Shown here: piece by piece, positions 36,000 to 45,738 of the stretch
How positions within the stretch are numbered: the first letter of the stretch is position 1
How the letters are laid out: the number at the start of each line of letters is the position of its first letter
Source: Planctomycetota bacterium
GTDB taxonomy: Bacteria > Planctomycetota > UBA1135 > UBA2386
Direction of reading: 5' to 3'
Length of the DNA stretch: 64,000 bases
NCBI GenBank assembly: GCA_046290465.1
Contig: JBKAGP010000001.1
Location: forward strand, 3,648,001-3,712,000
The notes under the pieces: generated by a model
What the model was told of the DNA's origin: nothing
Seen by the model: the letters and a program-made list of their open reading frames with translations, nothing else
The model's database searches: none
Program-made: the position numbers and the translations under genes

Positions 36000-37028
36000 T
36001 CAGCGCGACTTGGCCAGCTTGGCCCACTCCGAGTTCGGGTACTCGTTGAACAGCAGGCCGCGGCAGCGGCCGACGATGTAGACGTATTCCGGGCCCTGCC
36101 ACTTCCGCGCCGCCTGCGCGGCGTGGTAGAGCGCTTCGGCCTGCAGGCTCGGCCACGCGTCGCGGGTCTCGAGGCGAACGCGCAGGAAGTAGAGCAGCGC
36201 CTGCTTGGCCGCATCCTTGCCGCCTTCGCCCTCGAGGTCGATCAGACCGAGGCCGAGGTAGGCGCCGGCGCGGGCGCTGTCGTCGACGGCGTCCTTGCCG
36301 ACGATCTCCTCGTAGATGCGCTTGGCGCCGTCGGCCTCACCGCTCTTGCGCATGCTGTGCGCGAGCTCGATGTTGGCGCGGCTGGCGACGATCGGGTTGG
36401 TGCTGCGGGCGCGGCTGACGATCGTCTTGAGCTTCTTCTGGAAGTCGGCGGGCGAGCTCTTCTCGGCGAGAGCCTGGAAGAACGATGCCTCGATCGCAAA
36501 CGCGTCCGGCCAGGCGCCGCCGATCGCATCGGTCTCGTACTTCTTGGCGACCTTCAGCGCGTCCGGGCTGCCGACGCCCATGTAGTACTCGAACTTGAGG
36601 CGGTAGACCTCGGGCAGCGCGCCGCCTTCCTTGTATTCCTTGGCCAGCTCGTTGAGCGTGGCGATCGCCTGGGCCGGGTTGCCCTCGTCGAGGAAGCGGT
36701 TGGCGCACGCGACGTAGCCGACCTGCGCCATCACGTCGTTCTTGGCCTTCACCTGCTCACCGACGAGCGTCAGCATCAGCGCCGCGTCCTCGAGGCCACG
36801 GGCGTAGACCGACTTGAACTTGCCCAGCTCCAGCTTGGCGACACGGTCGGTCTCGACCGACTCGGTGCCGCTGCCGCGCTTGTAGCGAACGCTGCGGATC
36901 CCGTACTCCGTGACCTGGCACTTCTCGACCACCGTGCCGTTGACCAGGTGGATCTTGTCGGACTGGGCGGTCGCCACGTTGGCGGCCAGCAGGGCGAAGA
37001 GAGTTGCTGCGAGGATCTTGGACGTCAT
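36000..37028 (-). CDS. Secreted helical-repeat (TPR-like) hypothetical protein
   Basis: Signal peptide MTSKILAATLFALLAANVATA, DKIHLVNG, YPNSEWA end. Confidence 0.8.
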   Translation of the reverse strand: MTSKILAATLFALLAANVATAQSDKIHLVNGTVVEKCQVTEYGIRSVRYKRGSGTESVETDRVAKLELGKFKSVYARGLEDAALMLTLVGEQVKAKNDVMAQVGYVACANRFLDEGNPAQAIATLNELAKEYKEGGALPEVYRLKFEYYMGVGSPDALKVAKKYETDAIGGAWPDAFAIEASFFQALAEKSSPADFQKKLKTIVSRARSTNPIVASRANIELAHSMRKSGEADGAKRIYEEIVGKDAVDDSARAGAYLGLGLIDLEGEGGKDAAKQALLYFLRVRLETRDAWPSLQAEALYHAAQAARKWQGPEYVYIVGRCRGLLFNEYPNSEWAKLAKSR

Positions 37029-37202
37029 CTGGGATCGCGGAGGGTCTTGGTGACCAGTCGGGAGGGGGCGAACATTCTGCCGATCGGGGTCCGTCGGCAC
37101 AACGGCGCGGCCCCCTGGGAGGTTCGGTCGGGCGGCAGATCGGGCCACGATGCGCCCGGAGGACGGCGCCGGAGCGGGTCCGTTCGTGCGGTTCGCCGCA
37201 GA

Positions 37203-38117
37203 TCAGGCGTCGGCGACCGGAAGGTCCCGAACCCCTTCGTTGCGGGCCTTCTGCGCGCTGCGCTCGTCCCAACTGCCGTGCAGGTCGTGGCCGAGGCGGC
37301 GCACCGCGATCAGTTCGGCGACGACGCTGACCGCGATCTCCTCGTGGGTCCGGCTGCCGAGATACGCCCCCATCGGCGTGCGCACCGAGTCGAGGAAGTC
37401 GTCGCCGACGCCCTGCTCGCGCAGGTGCTTCCACAAGAGCGCCTGCTTGGTCTTGCTGCCGATCATGCCGAGGAACCGCAGCCGGTCACCGCCGGCGAAG
37501 CGCTGCGCCAGCGCCGCGAGCACGACGCCGTCCTCCTTGTGGCCACGGGTCACGATGACCGCATAGCTGTTCTGGCGGATCGGCATCCGCGCGACCGCGT
37601 CCGGATAGGCGCCGCCGACCGTCGCGTGCGCCTCGGGGAAGCGTTCGCCGGTCGCGTAGTCCTCGCGGTCGTCGACGATGGTCGTGCGGAAGCCCGCCAG
37701 CGCGGCGACCTGGCACAGCGCCTTGCTGACGTGGCCGCCGCCGAAGATCCACAGCACAGGAGTCGTGATCGGTTCCACGAAGATCGTCACCTCCCCGCCA
37801 CACATCAGGCCGCTGTCCGGCGAGTCCTTCTCGGTAAGCCGGAACTGCAGCGACTGCGGCTTCTCGTCGGCGAGCACCTGCAGCGCCGCGTCGTAGACCT
37901 CGGCCTCGAGGCAGCCGCCGCCGACCGTGCCGAGGAACGTTCCGTCGGCCAACACCAGCAGCCGCATGGTCGCGCGGCCAGGGGTCGATCCACGCGTGCC
38001 GACGATGGTCGCGAGGGCGGCGGGAATGCCCTCGGCGCGCAGGCGCACGATCTCTTCGAAGATGTCGGGTTGGGCGGCCAAGGCGATCCAGACTAGGACG
38101 GAACGGCCCTCACGCAA
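37203..38117 (-). CDS. XdhC/CoxI-family molybdo-hydroxylase accessory protein
   Basis: ATIVGTRGSTPG, GTVGGGCLE, GLMCGG, IFGGGHV, VTRGHKED, GMIGSK, EEIAVSVVAELI. Start uncertain (possibly 38081). Confidence 0.9.
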   Translation of the reverse strand: MREGRSVLVWIALAAQPDIFEEIVRLRAEGIPAALATIVGTRGSTPGRATMRLLVLADGTFLGTVGGGCLEAEVYDAALQVLADEKPQSLQFRLTEKDSPDSGLMCGGEVTIFVEPITTPVLWIFGGGHVSKALCQVAALAGFRTTIVDDREDYATGERFPEAHATVGGAYPDAVARMPIRQNSYAVIVTRGHKEDGVVLAALAQRFAGGDRLRFLGMIGSKTKQALLWKHLREQGVGDDFLDSVRTPMGAYLGSRTHEEIAVSVVAELIAVRRLGHDLHGSWDERSAQKARNEGVRDLPVADA

Positions 38118-38667
38118 AGTGCGCGCGCACGTCGGCGTCGCTCATCTGCTGCAGCGCACGGCGGCCGGCGGCGGACGCGCGGGTCTTGACGACCAGGTAG
38201 TCGTCGCGACGCGAGCAGCCGGGACAGCGGCCGTAGCGCACCTGCTCGACGACGACGCGGTCGCCGCAGGAGCCACACATTCGCAGGTAGAGGAAGCGCC
38301 TGCTCGGCCGCCGCCGCAGGTCGTCGACCGGCAGGGTGTGGGTGACGTTGGGCTCCTGGCCCGCGATCCGCATCAGCGACCGCCAGTGCCGGCCGTGTGC
38401 CGGGATGTTGGCGCCGAACAGGCGGAAGGCGGCGACGTGGGCGGCTTCGTGGATCAGCACGCCGTCGATCTCGTGCGGCACGCGCGCCAGCAGCCGCGGG
38501 TTGAGCTCGATGCAGCCGCGCCGCACGTAGGCGCGACCGGCGGTGGTCGACAGGCGTGCGTTCCAGACCACGTCGACTTCGGTGTCGAGCACGCGCCAGG
38601 CCTCGAACAGTTCGGCGCAGCGCTGCTGCAGCTGTCGGGGGGTCGGCAGGTCCTCGGTCACGGTCAC
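38110..38667 (-). CDS. SprT-like zinc metalloprotease with C-terminal Zn ribbon
   Basis: WNARLSTTAGRA, IELNPRL, HEAAH, HGRHWR, CGSC...CPGC. Confidence 0.85.
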   Translation of the reverse strand: MTVTEDLPTPRQLQQRCAELFEAWRVLDTEVDVVWNARLSTTAGRAYVRRGCIELNPRLLARVPHEIDGVLIHEAAHVAAFRLFGANIPAHGRHWRSLMRIAGQEPNVTHTLPVDDLRRRPSRRFLYLRMCGSCGDRVVVEQVRYGRCPGCSRRDDYLVVKTRASAAGRRALQQMSDADVRAHFA

Positions 38668-38732
38668 GCGGCAGAGCCTAGCAGGGCGCAGCCGAGCGGA
38701 CACCTCGTTCGCGTCCGGGTGCGGCGCCGACG

Positions 38733-39167
38733 CTACTGGCGCTGGTCGGCCAGCGAGCGCCGGCCGAAGTCGCGCAGCGCGACCGGCAGCGACATCAGGC
38801 CGAGTCCGATCAGCGCCATCGGCGCGACGAACTCGAGGTTGGGCATGTAGATGATGCCGGTGTAGCCGAGCACCAGCAGGCCGCCGCAGAGCAGGAACGC
38901 CATCCAGCCGACGGCGAACGCGGTGCGCTGCCAAAAGCCGGGCTGCAGGAAGAACGGTCGGTCGCCCTTCTGTTCGTCGGTCAGCGAGCGCAGCAGCTCC
39001 TGCCGGGTCGCGGGATCGAGGTCGGCGCGGTCGAGCGCCTTGTCGAGCACTTCGAGGCGCTGCTTGCGGGTCTCGAAGCGACGCTGGATGTAGGTGGTTC
39101 CGACCGCGATGACGGCGCCGGAGATGGCGCAGATCGAGGCCATGACGGCGATGTCTTCGCTATGCAT
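38733..39167 (-). CDS. Small 3-TM membrane protein (paralog of 39236-39643)
   Basis: TM, then RKQRLEVLDKAL..DLDPAT, then two TMs ending PVALR. Confidence 0.75.
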   Translation of the reverse strand: MHSEDIAVMASICAISGAVIAVGTTYIQRRFETRKQRLEVLDKALDRADLDPATRQELLRSLTDEQKGDRPFFLQPGFWQRTAFAVGWMAFLLCGGLLVLGYTGIIYMPNLEFVAPMALIGLGLMSLPVALRDFGRRSLADQRQ

Positions 39168-39195
39168 GGGACGAGGGCGGCGGGGGTCGTGGCGA

Positions 39196-39244
39196 ACTGC
39201 TGCGACGCTACTGCTGCGACACTACTGCTGAGACATTACTGCTG
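39196..39244. repeat. 14-bp tandem repeat x3.5 duplicating the CAGCAG-stop end of the upstream gene
   Basis: actgctgcgacgct actgctgcgacact actgctgagacatt actgctg. Confidence 0.85.
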
Positions 39245-39643
39245 GGCGCGGCGCGCCTCGAGTTCGCGCAGCGCGAACGGGTAGGTGACGAGGCCGAAGC
39301 CGACGATCGACGTGATCACGCCGCCGGCCAGCGCGTCCTTCTCGTGGGTCATCTCGCCGAACACCCAGCAGCCGATGCCGGCGAACAGCGCGATCCAGCC
39401 GACCGCGAGGATGATCGCCATCAGCGGACTCGACCCCGGCTTCTTCGGACCGCGGGCGCCGGTCAGCTGGAACGTCAGGCTCTCGATCGTGGCCCGGTCG
39501 ATCGCCGGGTTCTTGAGCGCTTCCTCGAGCAGCTTGACCTTCTCGGTGCGCGACTGGACCCGCGCATCCATCCAGCCCTTGATCAACGCGAACACGAAGA
39601 TCGTGATCAGCACGGGTACGACGAAGAACGCGATCTCTTCCAT
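39236..39643 (-). CDS. Small 3-TM membrane protein
   Basis: TM, then RTEKVKLLEEAL..AIDRAT, then AVGW TM and PFALRE. Confidence 0.8.
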   Translation of the reverse strand: MEEIAFFVVPVLITIFVFALIKGWMDARVQSRTEKVKLLEEALKNPAIDRATIESLTFQLTGARGPKKPGSSPLMAIILAVGWIALFAGIGCWVFGEMTHEKDALAGGVITSIVGFGLVTYPFALRELEARRAQQ

Positions 39644-39711
39644 GGGCTGGGGTCCGGGTCGGTGGCGGCGCGGGGATACGGGCCGCCTCGATTGTATTCG
39701 CGATCCGTCGT

Positions 39712-40398
39712 CTACGAATCGAGCGGGCTGAGCCCCAGCCGCGTCAGGAACGCGTCGGGGTCGCCGTCCCAGACCCAGTCGGCCTCGTCGATCGTGCAGC
39801 GATCGTTGCGCCGCCAGACGAACGGCCAGCCGTGCGCGACCGCCGCCTCATGGTCCGGCTCGCGGTCGCCGACCATCACAACTCTTTGTGCAGAAGCAGC
39901 TTGCTGGGCCTCCCGCAGCATGTCGGTCTTGCTCTCGACGTTCTCGCTGTCGAGGCAGAACTGCCAATCCGTCAGCTGTCGCAGCCCCTGGCCGTCCTGC
40001 ATCGCGGCCAGGTATTCGCTGCGGCAGTTGCTGGCGAGCGCGACCTTGACGCCGATCTCACGCAGGTGGATCAGCAGCGGGCGGACCCCGGCGAACAGGT
40101 AGTCGACGCCGCGGCTGACCTCTTCGACCTCCATCGGCAGCACCACGCTGCGCAGGTCGAACCAGCGGTCCTGGTAGCCCTCGGGCAAGAACGGCGCCCA
40201 GACGCCGGCGTCCTTCATGCCGACGACGGCCTCCGCCGCCTGGCGGTCGGGCAGTTCGATCTCGATGCCCTCCTGCTCGGCGAAGCGCTGCACCCCGACG
40301 CGGATGACCGGCGCCCACCAGGCGAAGGTGTCGTGCAGGGTGCCGTCGACGTCGAAGATGACGAGGTCGGGGGGACAGTGTCGGTCTAGCAGGCTCAC
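39712..40398 (-). CDS. HAD-superfamily hydrolase
   Basis: IFDVDGTL, ASN, K, MVGDREPD. Confidence 0.9.
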   Translation of the reverse strand: MSLLDRHCPPDLVIFDVDGTLHDTFAWWAPVIRVGVQRFAEQEGIEIELPDRQAAEAVVGMKDAGVWAPFLPEGYQDRWFDLRSVVLPMEVEEVSRGVDYLFAGVRPLLIHLREIGVKVALASNCRSEYLAAMQDGQGLRQLTDWQFCLDSENVESKTDMLREAQQAASAQRVVMVGDREPDHEAAVAHGWPFVWRRNDRCTIDEADWVWDGDPDAFLTRLGLSPLDS

Positions 40399-40425
40399 TG
40401 TTGCGGACTCACGTTCGGTCGGGGT

Positions 40426-40776
40426 TCAGAGGTAGACGATCTGGCGCACGCCCATGATCTCGAGTTCGCTCAGCAGCCGCGCGCGCGAGCCCTGCTGGAT
40501 GCGTGCCGACTCGCCGTCCCGCACCTTGGCGAGGCGCAGGCGCACGACGTAGCGCAGCAGTTCGGTCGGCTCCATCTCGCGGGTCGCCTGGCGCAGTTCG
40601 AGCACCAGCCGCTCGAGCGGGATGCGGCGCCGGTCGACGCGCACGAAGCCGTCGCCGAGCAGTTCGACGGACACCAGTCCGGCGCTGTAGTCGAACTCGG
40701 TGTCGATCGGCGGACCGCCCTCGCACGCGGCGAGCAGCAACGCGGCAGCGCACGACGTTCGCAGCCGCCGATTCAT
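40426..40776 (-). CDS. Hypothetical lipoprotein
   Basis: ALLLAAC lipobox. ATGA overlap with the rid gene. Confidence 0.7.
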   Translation of the reverse strand: MNRRLRTSCAAALLLAACEGGPPIDTEFDYSAGLVSVELLGDGFVRVDRRRIPLERLVLELRQATREMEPTELLRYVVRLRLAKVRDGESARIQQGSRARLLSELEIMGVRQIVYL

Positions 40777-41180
40777 CGTGCTGCGATCCCCTGGACCTCG
40801 ATCCGCGCGTCGGGATCGAACAGCGACACGACCTGGAACATGGCCATGCCCGGGTAGTGCTTGCCGCAGTGCTTGCGCCAGACGCGGCCGAACTCCTTGC
40901 GCGCGGTCGAGTAGTCGTTGCGCGACGTGACGTAGAAGTTGAGCTGCACGACGTCCTCGAACGCCATCTCGGCGTCGCGCAGGATCGCACCGATGTTGGC
41001 CATCGCCTGGTCGAGCTGGGCCGCGACGTCGCCCGGGTGCATCACGTGGCCCGCCTGGTCGTAGCCGCACTGGCCGGCCAGGTAGAGCGTGCGCTGGTCG
41101 CCGCCCGACTCGACCAGCCAGGCGTGGGCGAAGCCGACCGGCGGCGAGAGATCGTCGGGGTTGATGGCGCGTTTGGTCAT
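40773..41180 (-). CDS. Rid (YjgF/YER057c/UK114) family protein
   Basis: INPDDLSPPVGFAHA, LYLAGQ, Q...A..NI, DVVQLNFYV, IEVQGIA. Confidence 0.9.
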   Translation of the reverse strand: MTKRAINPDDLSPPVGFAHAWLVESGGDQRTLYLAGQCGYDQAGHVMHPGDVAAQLDQAMANIGAILRDAEMAFEDVVQLNFYVTSRNDYSTARKEFGRVWRKHCGKHYPGMAMFQVVSLFDPDARIEVQGIAAR

Positions 41181-41845
41181 GGCAGTTCGCGAAGGATCGC
41201 ACGCACCGGGCTCGAATCGCAACCGACGATGCGCAGCGGCAGCGCGATCAGTTCGTAGTCGCCCTCGGGCACGCCGCTCAGATCGAGGTTCTCGAGGATC
41301 GCGACGCCGCCCTCGTAGAGCGCGTGGTGGCCGCCGAGGTCCTTGTCGGTGGCGTGGTCCATGCTCGGCGTGTCGATGCCGACGAGCTTGACGCCGGCGT
41401 CGGCGAGCACCTTGCCCGCCGCCTCGCCGAGCGAGACGAAGTCCGGATCGAACGTCTTGTGGTCGTGCCGCGCGGCGGTGCGCAGCAGCACCCGTTCGGC
41501 GCCGTCGAGCACCTCGCGCGTCAGCGCTTCGGCCGGCACGCGCGGCGGCGAGCCGACCGGCGTCACCTCGACGACGCGGCATCGCCCCATGTAGGTGTGC
41601 AGGTCGACGCTGGCGATGTCCTGCCCGGCCGAGTCGTAGTGCAGCGGCGCGTCGGTGTGCGTGCCGACGTGCACCGACATGCGGATCGTGCTGACGTTGC
41701 ACGAAGCCCCCTGCGACATGCGCATCACCCATTCCTGCGAAAACGCGTTGTCGCCCGGAAACGTCGCGGTCGCCGGCTCGATCGGTTCGCTGATGTCCCA
41801 GATCCTGCGGTTCATCACCCTGCGACTGGTCCCCTCGCTGGTCAT
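41177..41845 (-). CDS. kynB: Arylformamidase / kynurenine formamidase (cyclase family)
   Basis: WDIS, FPGD, HVGTHTDAPLHY, LVGIDTPSMD, ILENL, YELIALPL...D.SPVRAILR. Confidence 0.9.
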   Translation of the reverse strand: MTSEGTSRRVMNRRIWDISEPIEPATATFPGDNAFSQEWVMRMSQGASCNVSTIRMSVHVGTHTDAPLHYDSAGQDIASVDLHTYMGRCRVVEVTPVGSPPRVPAEALTREVLDGAERVLLRTAARHDHKTFDPDFVSLGEAAGKVLADAGVKLVGIDTPSMDHATDKDLGGHHALYEGGVAILENLDLSGVPEGDYELIALPLRIVGCDSSPVRAILRELP

Positions 41846-43053
41846 CCGGGCTTGCGCTCCTGCTGCAAGAACGGCCGGTGCTCGCCGCTGTCGAGGATGT
41901 CGCGGATCGCCTGCAGGCACGCGCGCACTTCGTCCGTGGTGTTGTAGAAGTGCGGCGCGATGCGCAGCCCGGCGTCCGGCCGGAAGTCGACGACGATCTC
42001 GCGCGCCGACAGCGCCTGGCACACGGCGTAGCCGTCGGGAACGTCGAGCGCGACGTGGCCGCCGCGTCGCTCGGCATCGAGCGGCGACTTGAGCGCGAAG
42101 CCGTGCCGCTGCGCCTCGTCGACCAGCAGCGACGTCAGCTGCTGGCTGCGGCGCCGCACGTTGTCGAGGCCGGCTTCGAGGCACGTCGCGATGCCCTCCT
42201 TGCCGGAGTAGAGCGCAGGCACGTTGGGCGTGCCGGTCGCGAAGCGATGGCCGTCGTCGCGGTAGTCCTGGCCCTCGGGCGAGAACAAGAACGGCTGCTT
42301 GTGCGCCGCCCAGCCGGTGAACGCCGGCGTCAGCGACGACACCAGGTCCGGCCGCACGTAGAGGAAGCAGTTGCCGGGGCCACCACACAGCCACTTGAGC
42401 GCGCCGCCGACCGCCGCGTGCACCCCCGCCTGCTCCAGCTCGAGCTGCTGCGTGCCCACCGAGTGGAACGTGTCGAGGATCACGAACGCGCCGACCTGGT
42501 TGGCCTTCTCGACGATCGGCGCGATGTCGACGATCGCCGAGCTGCGGAACATCACGTGGTCGATCGCAACCAGCAGCGTGCGGTCGTCGATGTGCGACGC
42601 GAACTGCTCGCCGTCGGTCGAGATGCCGTCGCTCGCCGCCGGCACGCGCACCAGCCGGGCGCCGTGCGCCTGGCGGGCCTCGTAGATGTACTGGTCGCTC
42701 GGAAAGTTGCGGTCCGCGTAGACGATGCCGTTGCGCGGCCCGTCGAAGCGGAAGCACGACAGGATCATCTCGAGCGCGACCGCGATGTTCTGGTGCATCG
42801 TGACCGTGCCCGCCTGCACGCCGAGCGTGCGCGCGACCTGGTCGGCGACCTGCTCCTGCAGCACCCACCAGCCGTCGCCCCACGACCGCACCCCGCGCGT
42901 GTCCCACTCGTCGAGGAACTGCTGCACGCTGGCGCGTGCGGCCGCGGGCATCGCGCCGAGCGAGTTGTTGATCAGGTAGTTGCTGCGCTGCGTGACGGCG
43001 AAGCGCTCGCGGAACGCCAGCAGGGGATCGTTGTCGGTCTGGGTCTCGGCCAC
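41842..43053 (-). CDS. kynU: Kynureninase (PLP, aminotransferase class V)
   Basis: DPL..FRERF, YL..NSLG, NFPSD, D..HSVG, GGALKWLCGGPG, RGGHV, DFR..LRIAP. Adjacent to kynB. Confidence 0.82.
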   Translation of the reverse strand: MAETQTDNDPLLAFRERFAVTQRSNYLINNSLGAMPAAARASVQQFLDEWDTRGVRSWGDGWWVLQEQVADQVARTLGVQAGTVTMHQNIAVALEMILSCFRFDGPRNGIVYADRNFPSDQYIYEARQAHGARLVRVPAASDGISTDGEQFASHIDDRTLLVAIDHVMFRSSAIVDIAPIVEKANQVGAFVILDTFHSVGTQQLELEQAGVHAAVGGALKWLCGGPGNCFLYVRPDLVSSLTPAFTGWAAHKQPFLFSPEGQDYRDDGHRFATGTPNVPALYSGKEGIATCLEAGLDNVRRRSQQLTSLLVDEAQRHGFALKSPLDAERRGGHVALDVPDGYAVCQALSAREIVVDFRPDAGLRIAPHFYNTTDEVRACLQAIRDILDSGEHRPFLQQERKPG

Positions 43054-43128
43054 GGGCGCACAGTTCTACGGGTGTGCGTGGCCCGTCGCCCGTGAAAAGC
43101 ACCGGCGGCGGGCCACGCACGCCGCCCG

Positions 43129-43709
43129 TCAGCGCACCTGCACCGTCAGCACCAACGACCGCTCACCCGGAGCCGCGGGGTCGGGCCCGATGTGCGCGAT
43201 CTGCCAGCCGTTGCCGTCGACGGCGACGGTGCGCTCGACGTCGGTCCAGGCGACCGCCGGCGTATCGATGGCGCCGAGATCCTCGTTGCCGAGGTCGACG
43301 GTCGCGACCGGCGGCACGGCCCCCCCCACTCGAGCAGCGTCAACACGTCCTGCACCTCGGTCTGCACCGGCATCGGCGCGCGCAGGGTCAGCGTCTGGTC
43401 GAACACCTTGCCGACGCCGCGCTCCTGATCCCAGAGGTGCTCGAGCCACGGAACCAGCAGCTTCTGCGGCAACCACGGTGCTGCGATCGGCTCCGGCCGG
43501 GCCTCGCCACCCGGCAGGAACGAGAACTCGTTGCGCCGCTCGCGTGCCAGCACGCGCCCGGATGGCAGCAACAACAACGGCCGATCGAAGTTGCGGGTGA
43601 TGCCCGGCAGCGGGCGAACCAGCTCCGACAGATCGTAGGTGCGTTCGACGGTCTCCTGCGCGGTCAGCGCAGACAGGAAGAGGGCGGGCAGGCAGATGGT
43701 GCAGCGCAT
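43129..43709 (-). pseudogene. Secreted hypothetical protein apparently frameshifted at a G8 tract
   Basis: Protein-like N-terminal part (signal peptide, TVERTYDLSEL) switches frame at C8 43320-43327 into VPPVATVDLG...LVLTVQVR. Confidence 0.55.
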
Positions 43710-43882
43710 GTGTACTCCTGGGGGGCCACACTGCGCCCGTAATCCCGGCGGGCGCAGCGATCGGAGGGGGTTGGCGCACGCTGCACCAAGCTTCGTACCG
43801 ACGGCGGTGTGATGAGACGAATGCGCAGGGGGCGCCCGAGGTCACGAGAACGTCACCACCCTCACCCCACCGACCCCGCCCC

Positions 43883-44701
43883 CTATGCCGGTCGGTAGAA
43901 CGTCGCCCGCCCCAAGCGCACCGGCACGAAGTCGTCGCGGATCCCGAGCACGGTCTCGGCCGCGCCGAGGCACAGCAGGCCGTCCGGCCGCAGCACGCGT
44001 CGGAGTTCGCCGAGGATGCGCTGCTTGGTCGCGACGTCGAAGTAGATCAACACGTTGCGCAGGAACACGACGTCCATCTGGCCGACGTTCGCCCACGACC
44101 CGGTAAGGTTGAACTCACCGAACTCGACCATCCGGCGCAGCGGCGGCTGCACGCGCCAACAGCGACCGTCACGTTCGAAATAGCGCTCGCGCAGCGACGG
44201 GGACAGACCGCGCTGCACCTCGACATCGGAATAGATGCCGGCGCGCGCCTGGGCCAGCACGCGCAGCGACAGGTCGGTCGCCCGGATGCGGGCCCGCGAG
44301 ACGTATGGCTCGGGCACGTTCTCGCGCAGCAACATCGCCAGCGAGTAGGCTTCCTGGCCGGTCGAACTCGCCGCCGACCAGATGTCCATCGAGCGGCGGC
44401 CGCCCGCTTCGAGCAGCGACGGCAGCACGAACTCGCGCAACGCCTCGAACGGGTGCTCGTCGCGGAAGAAGCTGGTCTCGTTGGTCGTCATCGCGTCGAC
44501 CACGCGCGCGCGCAGTTCGCCGCTCGCGGGCCGCTTCAGGGCCTCGACCAGCTGCGCCGTTCCGCCGAAGCCGTAGTCATCGACCACGACCCGCAGCCGC
44601 GTCTCGAACAAGTAGTCCTTGCGCTCGTCGAGCAGCAACCCGGCGACCTGGTGCACGAGTTGCCGGCAGTAGTCCAGGTCACCGGCCGTGAACATGCTCA
44701 T
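43883..44701 (-). CDS. cheR: Chemotaxis methyltransferase CheR
   Basis: MTTNETSFFRD, IWSAASSTGQEAYSLAM, ATDLS, FLRNVLIYFD. Confidence 0.95.
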   Translation of the reverse strand: MSMFTAGDLDYCRQLVHQVAGLLLDERKDYLFETRLRVVVDDYGFGGTAQLVEALKRPASGELRARVVDAMTTNETSFFRDEHPFEALREFVLPSLLEAGGRRSMDIWSAASSTGQEAYSLAMLLRENVPEPYVSRARIRATDLSLRVLAQARAGIYSDVEVQRGLSPSLRERYFERDGRCWRVQPPLRRMVEFGEFNLTGSWANVGQMDVVFLRNVLIYFDVATKQRILGELRRVLRPDGLLCLGAAETVLGIRDDFVPVRLGRATFYRPA

Positions 44702-45738
44702 CGCGACACCTCTTGCGACTGCGGCGGATGGCCGCAACGCACGCGGCGCTCGATCTCGCCCGCGATCATCGGCAGCGGCAGCACGCGAGCCGCAAGGCCG
44801 CCGCGCACCACCGCACCCGGCATGCCCCAGACGACCGACGTCTCCTCGTCCTGCGCGATGACCTGGGCGCCGGCGGCGACCAGGCTCTGCGAACCACAGA
44901 AGCCGTCCTGCCCCATGCCGGTCAGCACGACGCCGAGCGCGCCGTCGCCGTAGCACGCCGCCGCTGAACGGAACAGCACGTCCACGGCCGGTCGGCACGA
45001 GTTCTCCTCGGGGCCGTCCGACAGCTCGATGACGACCTCGGTGCCGCGCCGTTCGATCGACATGTGGCGATCCCCCGGCGCGATCCACACGTCGCCGGCA
45101 GCGACCACGTCACCGTGCTGCGCCTCGCGCACGCGCAGCGCCGAACGGCGGTCGAGGCGTTCGGCGAACTGACGCGTGAACACCGGCGGCATGTGCTGCA
45201 CGACCAGGATCGGCGCCGCCAGGTCGCCTCGGAACCGCGGCAGCAGGTCGGCCATGGCGTTCGGCCCGCCGGTCGACACCCCGACGACCACCGCCTCGAC
45301 CGTCTGCGAGCCGCGGCGGGGACGCGCGCGTGCCTCGCGACGCTCCCTGCCGCTGCCCAACTCGCGCACCTTGCGCGCCAGCAGCGCCATGGTCTCGGCC
45401 ACGTCGCCGCCGTCGGCAGGCTTCGCGAGCACGTCGGTCGCGCCGCGCGCCAGCGCGTCGAGCGTGATCTCGGCGCCGCGCTCGGTCAGCCCACTGAACA
45501 TGATCACCGGCAGGCCGGGCTTGCGGATGCACAGCTCGTCCAGCACTTCCAGACCGTCGATCCCGGGCATGTCGACGTCCAGTACGACGACGTCCGGCGA
45601 CTCCTTGATGGTCCGCTCGATCGCCACCGCGCCGCTACTCGCAGGGCGCAGGACCTCGAGGTCCATCTCACGGGACAGGGCCCGGCTCACGGCGCTTCGC
45701 GTCGCGAGCGAGTCATCGACGATCAGGACCCGGATCAC
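44698..45738 (-). CDS. cheB: Chemotaxis response regulator methylesterase CheB
   Basis: Receiver domain (LIVDDS, LDVDMP), plus [28 protein letters not shown]. Confidence 0.95.
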   Translation of the reverse strand: MIRVLIVDDSLATRSAVSRALSREMDLEVLRPASSGAVAIERTIKESPDVVVLDVDMPGIDGLEVLDELCIRKPGLPVIMFSGLTERGAEITLDALARGATDVLAKPADGGDVAETMALLARKVRELGSGRERREARARPRRGSQTVEAVVVGVSTGGPNAMADLLPRFRGDLAAPILVVQHMPPVFTRQFAERLDRRSALRVREAQHGDVVAAGDVWIAPGDRHMSIERRGTEVVIELSDGPEENSCRPAVDVLFRSAAACYGDGALGVVLTGMGQDGFCGSQSLVAAGAQVIAQDEETSVVWGMPGAVVRGGLAARVLPLPMIAGEIERRVRCGHPPQSQEVSR

